Positions 48,729 to 57,870 are shown, counted from the first letter of the stretch. The stretch is 64,000 bases of DNA from a virus (IMGVR_UViG_3300036944_000561:32001-96000); one strand, 5' to 3'. The notes: generated by a model not told the origin, from the letters alone. Numbers and translations: made by a program.

Positions 48729-49133
48729 CTAGAGAGCTCTGATAAATTCACCCACGTCTGGTGTCTTCACTAATTTTTGTCTTGGATCTGAATATTTCAA
48801 AACAGAAATTCCAAATTCTTTTGGCCGTTTCCCGTGAGAAGAAGAGAACCCGGTATCATCCGAAATGCGGCACAACCCCCAAGACTCTAACATTTGTGCA
48901 ACAAATCGATTTCGTTTTATTTCAAAGTCAGTGATTTCACCCTCAATAACCAATGAAGTCGGAACAATGTGAAGTTGATTATCTACACAGATGACCACTG
49001 ACACTTGCTCCAATTTCTTGGATTTAACTCCAACCAACCGACGAATAGTCTCTCTAATTTTCAAAAATTCTTCATGATCGATAGGATCGATTGTTACCTT
49101 ACATTGTTCAAAGAACTCACGAATCTTTGTCAT
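48729..49133 (-). CDS. regA: translational repressor RegA
   Basis: FLKIRETIRR.G.K.KKL.Q, R...A..L.SWGL; located directly after gp62. Confidence 0.72.
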   Translation of the reverse strand: MTKIREFFEQCKVTIDPIDHEEFLKIRETIRRLVGVKSKKLEQVSVVICVDNQLHIVPTSLVIEGEITDFEIKRNRFVAQMLESWGLCRISDDTGFSSSHGKRPKEFGISVLKYSDPRQKLVKTPDVGEFIRAL

Positions 49134-49530
49134 TTCGTTTACCGCCTCCAGATGTCCATTCTTTCAATGCTTCTATCTGAGCATTGGTCATCAGCCGTAG
49201 ATAACTCTCACCAACTGATTGGTTGACTTTGTAGAAAGAACAGACCATTTTCAATTCTTCAGAAACAATAGACTTTTTAATCCATTTGTTATACCGTTTC
49301 TTTTTAGGTATCGCCGCCAACAAATATTGGTATTGCATGTAAGAGTCAATATCGTGCAACTGATTCATGTTGGATGCTTCATAAAGAGTCTCATGATTCA
49401 TCCCAAGACCCCGGCGAACCATAAATGGGTCATATTTCGACTCAAGTAATTCGCTTGACATCAAATCTTGTTTGTGATGGTTGATAGAATTCAGCCAATC
49501 AAACAACCCAATTTCACCTTCTTCCGCCAT
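49117..49530 (-). CDS. 62: clamp loader small subunit
   Basis: LFDWLNSIN..K, Y.PFMV.R.L, A..MN and QYQYLL..IPKKKRY.KW.K. Confidence 0.9.
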   Translation of the reverse strand: MAEEGEIGLFDWLNSINHHKQDLMSSELLESKYDPFMVRRGLGMNHETLYEASNMNQLHDIDSYMQYQYLLAAIPKKKRYNKWIKKSIVSEELKMVCSFYKVNQSVGESYLRLMTNAQIEALKEWTSGGGKRNDKDS

Positions 49531-49541
49531 GACTCAACTCC

Positions 49542-50978
49542 TTAGATGAATTTGATCTCTGGTTCTGTCATGATGGATGTCAATGTGCTGAGAATATGAA
49601 GATATGGATCTGGCGTACCGGCATGCCATTTCTGTTCTTCACCCAAAGTCGTTACCAGGTACGGTATTGAAGATTGTGTTACCCGAGCCGGGATTGTTTC
49701 TCTGATATTGACCGGGGGATATAGATACCGGAAAAATCGTCCATAGAAATCTGGCCCAATAGTTTCAACATTGTCCATCACCCATTGTGAAAGATCTTTG
49801 AAGTTGTGTTCTTTCATGATCTTCAACAAATGGTCATATTGATCTCCTCCAAGAATTGAAATAATTCCTAGATCGATTTTTCCATTCTGTTGAGCATATG
49901 ATTGTAGAGCACCCAATATAGACCGATTGTCTGGGTAATAATTTTGAACTACACCGAGAACAGCCTTCTTATCGAAGGGAACCCCTTCTTGAGTCAAGAT
50001 TTCACAACATCTGAGACACATTTGAACCTTAAGAGAATCGGTGGTCTTTTTGTCCCAGATAAAATCTACCCGGCGACAACGGCTTACCAACGGCTTGACA
50101 ATCTTTTGAATGCTGTTTGAGGTAAGAATGAATGAGCAATTTTTGCTCACACTTTCCATAATTCCCTTTAATGATTCCTGCGCGGCAACAGAAAGCCTTT
50201 CACAATTGTGGGTTACGATACCATCTTCTGTCAAGAACGTATGGTTTTTGTTCACTGTTAGGTTCACCACACGTCTAACACCAACAAATTTAATAGATGT
50301 GATAAAATCCATCACGCGATTGTTAGATTCACCTCTAACAACCACCATATCGTACACAGAAAGTCCGGTTGAAATAGTTCTAGAAATAAAATCTTCATCT
50401 TCAAGTAAAATCATCGGATGATTTTCTGTTAAAAGAACGATTTTTCCAGAACGCAATTTGACTTCGAACACTTCAACTTCACGATCTTTGATAACTTCAG
50501 CGGTATCTTCCTCAAATTCGCCAGTTTCCATATTGAAAGAAGGAAGCGATAGTGTTTCACCAATATTCAAATCACCAATTCGAATAGAAACTTCATTCCC
50601 ATTCTCGTCATAGGCAAGAATCTTTGTGTTTTCTTCCAAACATTCGTCAAGAATCACCACTTTCTGTTTAGCATTTCCAATAACTGAAACAGTGGTTGAA
50701 TATTGAAGAACTTTGGTACGAATGTTGTCAATAGACGTGTCTAGTGAAGCATTGATGAACAATGGGGTACTACAACCGATTGCCGATGATAGAGCGCGAG
50801 CAGTGGTGGTTTTGCCTGTACCGGGTGTTGGGCTATACAATAAGAATGATGGAATACGACCTTCTGCTGCAAAGTTCAAGAATAAATCTTTTAATTCTTT
50901 TGGAAGAATGATATCTTCAATGTTGGTTGGACGATATTTCTGTTCCCAGATAAACTCATTTGGATTCGTTACTGACAT
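49542..50978 (-). CDS. 44: clamp loader large subunit precursor containing an intein
   Basis: WEQKYRP, PGTGKTT, INAS, VILDE, FILTSN and SRC sensor motifs. Confidence 0.93.
   Translation of the reverse strand: MSVTNPNEFIWEQKYRPTNIEDIILPKELKDLFLNFAAEGRIPSFLLYSPTPGTGKTTTARALSSAIGCSTPLFINASLDTSIDNIRTKVLQYSTTVSVIGNAKQKVVILDECLEENTKILAYDENGNEVSIRIGDLNIGETLSLPSFNMETGEFEEDTAEVIKDREVEVFEVKLRSGKIVLLTENHPMILLEDEDFISRTISTGLSVYDMVVVRGESNNRVMDFITSIKFVGVRRVVNLTVNKNHTFLTEDGIVTHNCERLSVAAQESLKGIMESVSKNCSFILTSNSIQKIVKPLVSRCRRVDFIWDKKTTDSLKVQMCLRCCEILTQEGVPFDKKAVLGVVQNYYPDNRSILGALQSYAQQNGKIDLGIISILGGDQYDHLLKIMKEHNFKDLSQWVMDNVETIGPDFYGRFFRYLYPPVNIRETIPARVTQSSIPYLVTTLGEEQKWHAGTPDPYLHILSTLTSIMTEPEIKFI
50205..50642 (-). 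mobile_element. 146-aa mini-intein (no endonuclease) in gp44
   Basis: Starts CLEENT, block B T.NHP, ends NHTF..DGIVTHN followed by Cys+1; inserted right after Walker B DE. Confidence 0.92.
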
Positions 50979-51064
50979 GATGTGCCTTATAATGTCTGTT
51001 GAAGACGTGAAAATTGGGTGCCAAGCACGTTATGACACCCGACCAGCTTTCTGATTTGAAGATG

Positions 51065-51778
51065 TTAGTCTTCGATTTCACCACCAATTACATACAGAAT
51101 CTTGTCATCCATGGTGCTGAATTTTGCATACTTCTGCTCAGAACTTGCTTCAATCTTATAATCACCGGGCATCATAAGCAAATAACTGGTTTTGAGCATG
51201 ATGTATGCGTCTGGCTTGTCGGTTTCACCCAATTCAAGAACAAAGTCATTACTGGTGTCGACTCCTTTGGTTGTACCGACAAGGTACACTTTGCCTCCAT
51301 CGTTCATCAGCTTGCAATATTCGTGACCCAGCAGTTTACATGCCCGATCGAAGCTATTGAATTGTTCTTCACTGATACATGCAACGATATCTCCGGGATC
51401 AAATTCCAAATCACCTTCTGGCAATTCGACTAATGATTCGGCCGCTGCCCAGAAATTCATCTTGGTCTTTTTACCGTACAATGTAATCTTCTTTTCATCC
51501 ATCTGAAGAATACAATCTTCATCTTTGAACTGCGGAAGTTTCAGAATACCCAAAAAGCTACTCAGGTCAGAAATTGGAAATGAAAATGGAATCTTTTCTT
51601 CAATTTCAGCAATCGCCAAAACAGATGAATTCGCATTGGCTGTTCGTATCTGTTGTTTGAATCCAGTTTCTAAAGATGTATCTTCTACGGCTGCTTCTAA
51701 TTTCATAGAAGGATTGATCTTTGAAAAGTTTGCAAGAATTGCGGTGGTACGGTTAGACAACGTCAATTTTTCTGACAT
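51065..51778 (-). CDS. 45: sliding clamp
   Basis: LS..T..IL.NFS.INPS, F.ISDL..FL and L.MMPGDY.I...S..A.F; upstream of gp44. Confidence 0.9.
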   Translation of the reverse strand: MSEKLTLSNRTTAILANFSKINPSMKLEAAVEDTSLETGFKQQIRTANANSSVLAIAEIEEKIPFSFPISDLSSFLGILKLPQFKDEDCILQMDEKKITLYGKKTKMNFWAAAESLVELPEGDLEFDPGDIVACISEEQFNSFDRACKLLGHEYCKLMNDGGKVYLVGTTKGVDTSNDFVLELGETDKPDAYIMLKTSYLLMMPGDYKIEASSEQKYAKFSTMDDKILYVIGGEIED

Positions 51779-51975
51779 TTTGTTTTTCTCCTGAATGAAA
51801 ATATGTCTTGTAGACGATTTACATTATACGCTGAGCATTATTTGAAACAAATTTTTATTTCTCTTTGATCCATTAAAATCATTTTCGGGCAAACCACGGG
51901 GTTTAGGGTACTATCAAATCTCTATTGAACAAAATGGTTTAAATAAAATAAATTGGATTAGAGAGATTTTATATA

Positions 51976-52407
51976 ATGGCTGTGTTAAAAACTTACAATG
52001 AGCGCCCGAATTTTTCGCGGTTGTCCGGGGATAAATTCGTCGATGTCGCTCTTGAATTCAAACGCCACCCGGTAACAAGTGATGTCACTGCTAAGACCGG
52101 ACTCTCTGCTATTTCTCAGGCTATCCGAAACATTTGTTTGACCAATCCTGGTGATATTGATGAGGAACCAGAATTTGGTGTAGGAGCTTCATCATACCTC
52201 GGGGAGAATATGAACCCCGTAGATATTATGAGTTTGAAGGAAAGAATACAGACACAATGTACCCGGTATGAACCGAGAGCTGAAGTGACTAGCGTGTTAG
52301 TCAATGCTGATTATGAAGGTCACACGCTGAGTCTTAGAATCACCTATACCCCTGTCAACGTGGATACCGAAGAAACACTTACCATTGAAGTGACGAGGGT
52401 TCTGTAA
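51976..52407 (+). CDS. 25: baseplate wedge subunit
   Basis: F.RHPVT.DV, AI.QAIRNI.LT.PG....PEFG and YEPRA motifs. Confidence 0.9.
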   Translation: MAVLKTYNERPNFSRLSGDKFVDVALEFKRHPVTSDVTAKTGLSAISQAIRNICLTNPGDIDEEPEFGVGASSYLGENMNPVDIMSLKERIQTQCTRYEPRAEVTSVLVNADYEGHTLSLRITYTPVNVDTEETLTIEVTRVL

Positions 52408-53408
52408 TGATCTCAGCAGATTGGTTCTACGGCGTTGTTGAAAATGTTGACGATGAAATGAAACTTGGTCGGGTTCAAGTCAGGGTGTATGGTGTTCATG
52501 ATTCTAGAAAGGAGATTCTAGATACTAAATTTCTTCCATGGGCACATGTAATGGTTCCTGCTACAAGTTCTTCTACAGCCGGAATAGGACGTTCTCCTAC
52601 TGGTTTACAAGTTGGGTCAGAAGTCTTTGGTATTTCGTTAGACAAAACATACAACGAATTGAGAGTGTTGTTCAGTTGGTCTGCTCAGCAAGGTGATGTG
52701 AGCGATGTGAGTTTGCTGGCTACCGGGGGAGATGATCCTTTGGCCAAAGCCATCAAAGATGCATTGTTGAAAGACGTTCTCTTGAGCTCCTCTAACAAAA
52801 TATCAGAGCCTGAAACTGAGAGGGCTGTTAAGTACCCATTGAACGATGTCTATACTACTAGAGCCGGATTCAAGCGCGAGAGCGATAGCTCAGACGGTAA
52901 ATCAAGAGAAACAGAATTACATCCGAGTGGAATGTACGACGAATGGAGAACTGACGGCTCAAAACAACAGAAAATCAAGTCTTGGTTTAGAATTGTAACC
53001 AATAGAGCAGTTGACATTATCCTTGGTTCTAAGTGGCTGAAAGTTGCAGGGAATTTTGTTACCAGAGTTGAAACCAATTTGTATCAATGGGTGAACAATC
53101 AGACAACCATTTCAACCGACAAATATCTATTGAGATCAATGAGTGGAGTTGAAATCTCTACTCCGGAAGTTCGTATATCTCAAGACATGAGAGTTGGAAA
53201 AGCTATCTATGTTCCTGAAATTTATGTCGGATCGTTGAAAGCCAATAGCATCAGTTGTTCTGGTTCTATTTCTGGTGTTTGTACTGGAGCGGAACAAGCG
53301 GGGATAGCCGGGGGATTGTCTAGTGTAACACTTAGCCCCGGTGAAGGGGCTGGTGATGTTACCACAAAGTTGGAATATAAAGACAATGGCGGGGATTATC
53401 CGTTGTGA
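52407..53408 (+). CDS. 5: baseplate hub / puncturing protein without lysozyme domain
   Basis: WF.GVVE.V.D..KLGRVQVRV.G.H, LPWA, YP.N.VY.TR.G and HPSG; only 333 aa. Confidence 0.82.
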   Translation: MISADWFYGVVENVDDEMKLGRVQVRVYGVHDSRKEILDTKFLPWAHVMVPATSSSTAGIGRSPTGLQVGSEVFGISLDKTYNELRVLFSWSAQQGDVSDVSLLATGGDDPLAKAIKDALLKDVLLSSSNKISEPETERAVKYPLNDVYTTRAGFKRESDSSDGKSRETELHPSGMYDEWRTDGSKQQKIKSWFRIVTNRAVDIILGSKWLKVAGNFVTRVETNLYQWVNNQTTISTDKYLLRSMSGVEISTPEVRISQDMRVGKAIYVPEIYVGSLKANSISCSGSISGVCTGAEQAGIAGGLSSVTLSPGEGAGDVTTKLEYKDNGGDYPL

Positions 53409-53410
53409 AT

Positions 53411-53767
53411 TCAACGAATACTACCAAATAATTTCTCAACTTGCTTTTTGTCTAGAATGACAGTTTCTACGCCGTGTGGGGCTTTAGAAACTACAGTCAC
53501 ACTTTTGTCTGCGCCTATATTGACAATATCTCCCCCGCCGATATTCAATTTCTTTACAGGAGTTTGTAGGCTATTCTTAATAATATCGACCTGAGTCTTG
53601 GTTAAAATGACGGTCTCGGGTCCATGCGGTGTTTTACTCTGTATAGTGACCGTCCCGTCTTGGTCTATGACCGCCTTGTCACCACCAAGTTCTATAAATG
53701 TTCTCGTCGCTTCATTCAATTTGTTTCGGTTGTGCATCAGGCCGAAGCCTCTAGTCTGGATAGCCAT
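53411..53767 (-). CDS. small late protein with internal duplication (putative internal head protein)
   Basis: GGAG SD; KLNE|A site; two copies of VT..SK.PHG.ETVIL.K.QV. Confidence 0.55.
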   Translation of the reverse strand: MAIQTRGFGLMHNRNKLNEATRTFIELGGDKAVIDQDGTVTIQSKTPHGPETVILTKTQVDIIKNSLQTPVKKLNIGGGDIVNIGADKSVTVVSKAPHGVETVILDKKQVEKLFGSIR

Positions 53768-53795
53768 GGTGAATCTCCTAATTTCTCGTCTAACG

Positions 53796-54080
53796 TTAAT
53801 TGCCAATAGTGATCAAGATATTACCATCTTCAACTTGGTATGATGTGTTGACTTTGTGTTTACGGTCGAAGTCTGACAAAATTTTACCCAATTTCTTTTC
53901 AGCAGATGGAAGAAAATCTTCATCTTCAACACCCCAATCAGAAACAACTAGCACCCCAGAATCTGAATCAGATTGATTATCGAAATCAGATTTTCTTGTA
54001 GCTTCTGGGTTTGTTGATTTCATGATCTGGATCAATTCCATAGACAATTTTCGATAATTTATAGATGATTCCTTCTTCAA
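53796..54080 (-). CDS. small hypothetical protein
   Basis: In the late operon; start uncertain. Confidence 0.5.
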   Translation of the reverse strand: MKKESSINYRKLSMELIQIMKSTNPEATRKSDFDNQSDSDSGVLVVSDWGVEDEDFLPSAEKKLGKILSDFDRKHKVNTSYQVEDGNILITIGN

Positions 54081-54101
54081 TATCTTATCAAATCCCTCGG
54101 T

Positions 54102-54845
54102 TCATAATTGTTTTCGAACTAATTTTAACTTCTGAACATCGTTTCCATTATTTGGTTTCAAGTAAATGAAAGAAGAATCGAGTTTCATTATGACAAATTC
54201 TTCTACCTTCTTAGTATGAATGTTGTAGAATTCTACAATTTCTCCAACAGATATTGGCTGCTGATGATTTTTATACCAGACAAAATCTTTATTTGAAACG
54301 TTGTTTCGAAGAATCAAAAATTCTCTTCGTTTTGCATATTTCTTCAATTCTTCATCATTTACACTTTCATTCACAGAATCGTCAAAAATGTGATCCTTTG
54401 ATTTCACGTGGATCACGCTCATCTTAGATCCCGTCTTGGCTCCAACCACCACTGTGCCAGAATATCCGGCTTTGACTTCTTTTGCAAAAGCACGTTTCTG
54501 AATATCTGAATATGGTTGATATTCACGTTTCATGAAGAACTTTTCTTTGTCACCGACTTTAGAATTGTTCATCATACCGTCTTTGAATCGAACAACTCTT
54601 TCAGTAGTTGATTCCTGGAACTTCATATCAAATGAAGATTGTTTTCCAATTTCATAGCCATCCATCCAGGCACCAACAGCATCCTGGGAGAATTTACGGC
54701 CAATTTCGGCCGCATCAATCGGCAACGACAATTGGAAGCCATATGTATAGCCGTCTTTGAAGGCGGCAGTTAAATCGGGGGAAGCTTCATAACAAGCCGG
54801 AACTTGGGGCATGGATGCTTCGAATAATGAACTAAATGGTTTCAT
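54102..54845 (-). CDS. putative internal head protein
   Basis: N-terminus MKPFSSLFE|A resembles a capsid-targeting leader; further FQE|S and VNE|S sites. Confidence 0.5.
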   Translation of the reverse strand: MKPFSSLFEASMPQVPACYEASPDLTAAFKDGYTYGFQLSLPIDAAEIGRKFSQDAVGAWMDGYEIGKQSSFDMKFQESTTERVVRFKDGMMNNSKVGDKEKFFMKREYQPYSDIQKRAFAKEVKAGYSGTVVVGAKTGSKMSVIHVKSKDHIFDDSVNESVNDEELKKYAKRREFLILRNNVSNKDFVWYKNHQQPISVGEIVEFYNIHTKKVEEFVIMKLDSSFIYLKPNNGNDVQKLKLVRKQL

Positions 54846-54856
54846 GTTTGAATCTC

Positions 54857-55117
54857 CTACCGAATATCGTTATCGTGTGCCCATTCAGAAGAAGCAACTT
54901 TCCAATTTGAATCAGTTGCCGCAATTTCTTTCGCGCTATCTCTCTTTAATCCAGCACAGCGAGTATTTTGGAATGTTACGATCTTTTTGGCGTGTATGTC
55001 ATAGACAACATATGACTCACCCTTTTTTCTATCAGCTGTTGTTGCTTTCTTTATACTCACCGCTTCCATCAACATCTTACCGAAACCGCCATTCGCTTTA
55101 AATTGAAACCCAGACAT
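54857..55117 (-). CDS. putative internal head protein
   Basis: Late promoter at 55155-55160, AGGAG SD, KMLME|A site. Confidence 0.5.
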   Translation of the reverse strand: MSGFQFKANGGFGKMLMEAVSIKKATTADRKKGESYVVYDIHAKKIVTFQNTRCAGLKRDSAKEIAATDSNWKVASSEWAHDNDIR

Positions 55118-55167
55118 GATTGTTCTCCTAATCAATTTTCAACATTATACCACATATTTAGGAAAAA

Positions 55168-55200
55168 GAAAAGGGGAACATTTGGTTCCCCTTGAAAATT
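55168..55200 (-). terminator. intrinsic terminator after the PLP enzyme gene
   Basis: AAGGGGAAC-ATTTG-GTTCCCCTT with a T-run on the minus strand. Confidence 0.7.
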
Positions 55201-55201
55201 T

Positions 55202-56329
55202 TCAAAGATGTTCAGGAATGGCTCCCAATTCAGGACAATTACATCGCATGGCATCGATTGAAGGTTTTGAACCTATGATCCAAAATAGAGATTCTTCATT
55301 GATAAGTTCTGGAATATTCTGTTTGAGATATTCCAACACTTTTCCTTCATATCTTGGATGCAGTTCTATTCCATCAAATTGGTTCGGGATGAGGTCACTA
55401 TACTTCACCCAATTCGTGGTGTGTAGATCATAGTGGAACAATTTGAATTTGGGGTCTGTCACGATAGGAGAAGAACTCCCCCACAATTTCTTGGTTCCTA
55501 TTTCAACATCTCCTGATAATTCAGGATTGTCTCTGTAGTGTTTTTCGAAATTCATAAGATCTTTGAATTTTTCTGGGTCTGTACTTTTGATCAATTCCAA
55601 ACGATCTTGCATCCATTTGATACGGTTTGGACCGATACCGATCAGATGAACTTCTTCAATTTGTGGTTGAGGATACAATGCAAGGCCAGTTAAGATTGAC
55701 ATACAACTGTTACAACTCCCAGCAGGGATAATCAATCTCTTGACAGATTTGGGAATGTTTTGAACTTGTGGTGCTCCTACTTCATGGAAGGCTCTGATTC
55801 TACTTGCAGTGTTGGTTGGGATCTTTTGGTCAGTAGTTATACCATATTCTAGATAAAACGGACGAGAGGAGCTCTCAGCCACTAGAGACTTACATTTAGG
55901 TTGGATTGTAGAGTTGTACCCAGAACCAACATATTCGAATGATGAACCAAACCACGCGCTCATCGCTACCATGTCGTGTTTGATGGCAGTAGCAGGTTTG
56001 GTAGCCCCCAGGACAGTAGTTGTATGACCACCGAAATGACGAGAGACTGCTGTAGCCATAGGAGACTGAGGAGAACCCACTACAGTACCGTGAACGATAT
56101 CTGGCGAACCACCTGAAGCAATATGCTCTTTGAGCAACCAGATGGCAACACGAAGCTTGTCCCCGTTGATACCACCATATCCGAGGGGAGCAAAATAGTC
56201 ACCCCGCTTGAACCACATTTTGGAAGTTCCTTCGGTTTTCAATTCTACCGGAGTGAGAATCGACAGATAATCTTCCCAATGAAGTTGAGATCTATCTAAC
56301 GTCAGTTTATCAAATATTGTGTTGTTCAT
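55202..56329 (-). CDS. PLP-dependent enzyme (fold type II) of the thymidine-hypermodification type
   Basis: LTPV...WFKRGDYFAPLGYGGINGDKLR (PLP Lys), SPQ, IPAGSCNS, HP.YEGK and LFWIIG. Confidence 0.78.
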   Translation of the reverse strand: MNNTIFDKLTLDRSQLHWEDYLSILTPVELKTEGTSKMWFKRGDYFAPLGYGGINGDKLRVAIWLLKEHIASGGSPDIVHGTVVGSPQSPMATAVSRHFGGHTTTVLGATKPATAIKHDMVAMSAWFGSSFEYVGSGYNSTIQPKCKSLVAESSSRPFYLEYGITTDQKIPTNTASRIRAFHEVGAPQVQNIPKSVKRLIIPAGSCNSCMSILTGLALYPQPQIEEVHLIGIGPNRIKWMQDRLELIKSTDPEKFKDLMNFEKHYRDNPELSGDVEIGTKKLWGSSSPIVTDPKFKLFHYDLHTTNWVKYSDLIPNQFDGIELHPRYEGKVLEYLKQNIPELINEESLFWIIGSKPSIDAMRCNCPELGAIPEHL

Positions 56330-56331
56330 TG

Positions 56332-56928
56332 TCAATCACCGATATATTTCTGAAAATATTCTTCAATTTTCTTATTGAAAATATATTCTACTCTTTTTTC
56401 TGTCACAGGTATAGGAGATTTTCTATTCAATTCTGAAACGAAAAGATATTCTTTGAATTGCGCTCTCAAGACGGCTCTCCTATTCATCAACATCTTACCT
56501 AAATTGTTCGAACCAACATCATTACAAACTCCCCAGAAACTATCTCCCCAATGATTTCCTTCTATTAGTTCAGAATCATTGGTAGCCAAAAGCATCTTTC
56601 CTGCATCTGTGTAAATTTGAAATTTCTTTTTCAATAATAGATACATTGTTCGGATTCTATCGAAATCTTGATCAATTTCATCCTTGTATTGGTTGGCTAT
56701 CTTTTTACATGCACCCGGATTATCCTTGTTTTCATATATTTTGCTTGCAATTTCTGCGTTAACATAAAAGAATTTCATATATTGATATGCGGATTCTGTA
56801 TTAGGAAATGTGAGAACAGCGATATCTCCTGATAGATTTTCAGGATCCAAACAAATCCCTCCCATACAAGGAAAGAAATTGCTGAGGAAGCGGTATTTTC
56901 CACTGAAGGAATTGATGACGGATGGCAT
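56332..56928 (-). CDS. NADAR (YbiA-like) hydrolase
   Basis: F...YRFLSNFF, E..YQ..KF, LL.KF, LL.T....LIEG..WGD.FWG...G.N.LG..LM..R. Confidence 0.88.
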   Translation of the reverse strand: MPSVINSFSGKYRFLSNFFPCMGGICLDPENLSGDIAVLTFPNTESAYQYMKFFYVNAEIASKIYENKDNPGACKKIANQYKDEIDQDFDRIRTMYLLLKKKFQIYTDAGKMLLATNDSELIEGNHWGDSFWGVCNDVGSNNLGKMLMNRRAVLRAQFKEYLFVSELNRKSPIPVTEKRVEYIFNKKIEEYFQKYIGD

Positions 56929-56973
56929 ATTGAGTACTCTTTCGTAGATGACATCCGTCTAGTATAGCGGGAA

Positions 56974-57822
56974 TTATTTCGATTTTAACTTTGAATCCCA
57001 AGATTTTTCAACATCAAAATTAGATTTTTCACGGCCTTCGCGAGCATGAAAATGTTTTCCAAGTTCTTCTTCGTATCCCGGCTCAAGATCATCAATATAG
57101 AATCCATACAGTTTGGCTTCATCTTTTGATTTGAATTTCAACCCATCTATGTCGTATGTACCGTCAGGCATTTCATATCCATACCCGACAATTCTCCCTA
57201 GAGAGTATAACCCAACTTTCTTTGCACCTTTGTATTTTGGAAGTTCTTCATCTTCGTGAAGACTTTCATTTTTATGTTTTGAAATTTCTATTGCGGCCAA
57301 TTGTTTCAGAGCATCTTCTTTATTGTCATGATGACCCAGGACTTTGGTCTTGTCGCTATTAGTTACATTCCAGCCACCGCCTGGTGCTTTGACAACATGT
57401 TCAGTGATATACTCATCTGGCATCTTGGTGCCGAAAAACATCCCATCTTTCATGAAAAATCGATGACGTCCCATCATCTCAAGTTTTTCAGCAGGTATGT
57501 CCATGTTGGCCATATAGAAGTGTTCGCCACTTGGGTCTTCTGGATCAGATTCAAGTTTCATCCCCTTGGTGTTGACTTTGATTACACTCATATCCTTGTG
57601 AGGCCATCCAAAATGATTTGGGAATGGATCCGGGATATTGCTGAGAGAGTTTGTCAGATAAATTTTCCCTTGTGTTTGTGACCCAGAGGTTGAACGGGTA
57701 GATCCGCGCATAAGACCGTTCTCCATGATCTTCTGGACTCGTTCTGTGGGTGTGATATGGAACATGAAGTTTGATTTCGGTGGAAATGAAACTCTGTTCA
57801 AGAAGCTGTCTGAAAATTTCAT
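56974..57822 (-). CDS. late multidomain protein with N-terminal ADP-ribosyltransferase-like domain
   Basis: FHIT.....I.ENGL, IYLT and acidic SDPED motifs; middle HVVK..GGW.V...LG.H..KEDALKQLAAIE domain; late promoter at 57854 and GAGGT SD. Confidence 0.55.
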   Translation of the reverse strand: MKFSDSFLNRVSFPPKSNFMFHITPTERVQKIMENGLMRGSTRSTSGSQTQGKIYLTNSLSNIPDPFPNHFGWPHKDMSVIKVNTKGMKLESDPEDPSGEHFYMANMDIPAEKLEMMGRHRFFMKDGMFFGTKMPDEYITEHVVKAPGGGWNVTNSDKTKVLGHHDNKEDALKQLAAIEISKHKNESLHEDEELPKYKGAKKVGLYSLGRIVGYGYEMPDGTYDIDGLKFKSKDEAKLYGFYIDDLEPGYEEELGKHFHAREGREKSNFDVEKSWDSKLKSK

Positions 57823-57870
57823 GAAGAGGCACCTCATTTATATGCTATGCCTCTATTTAAACGGAAGGGA

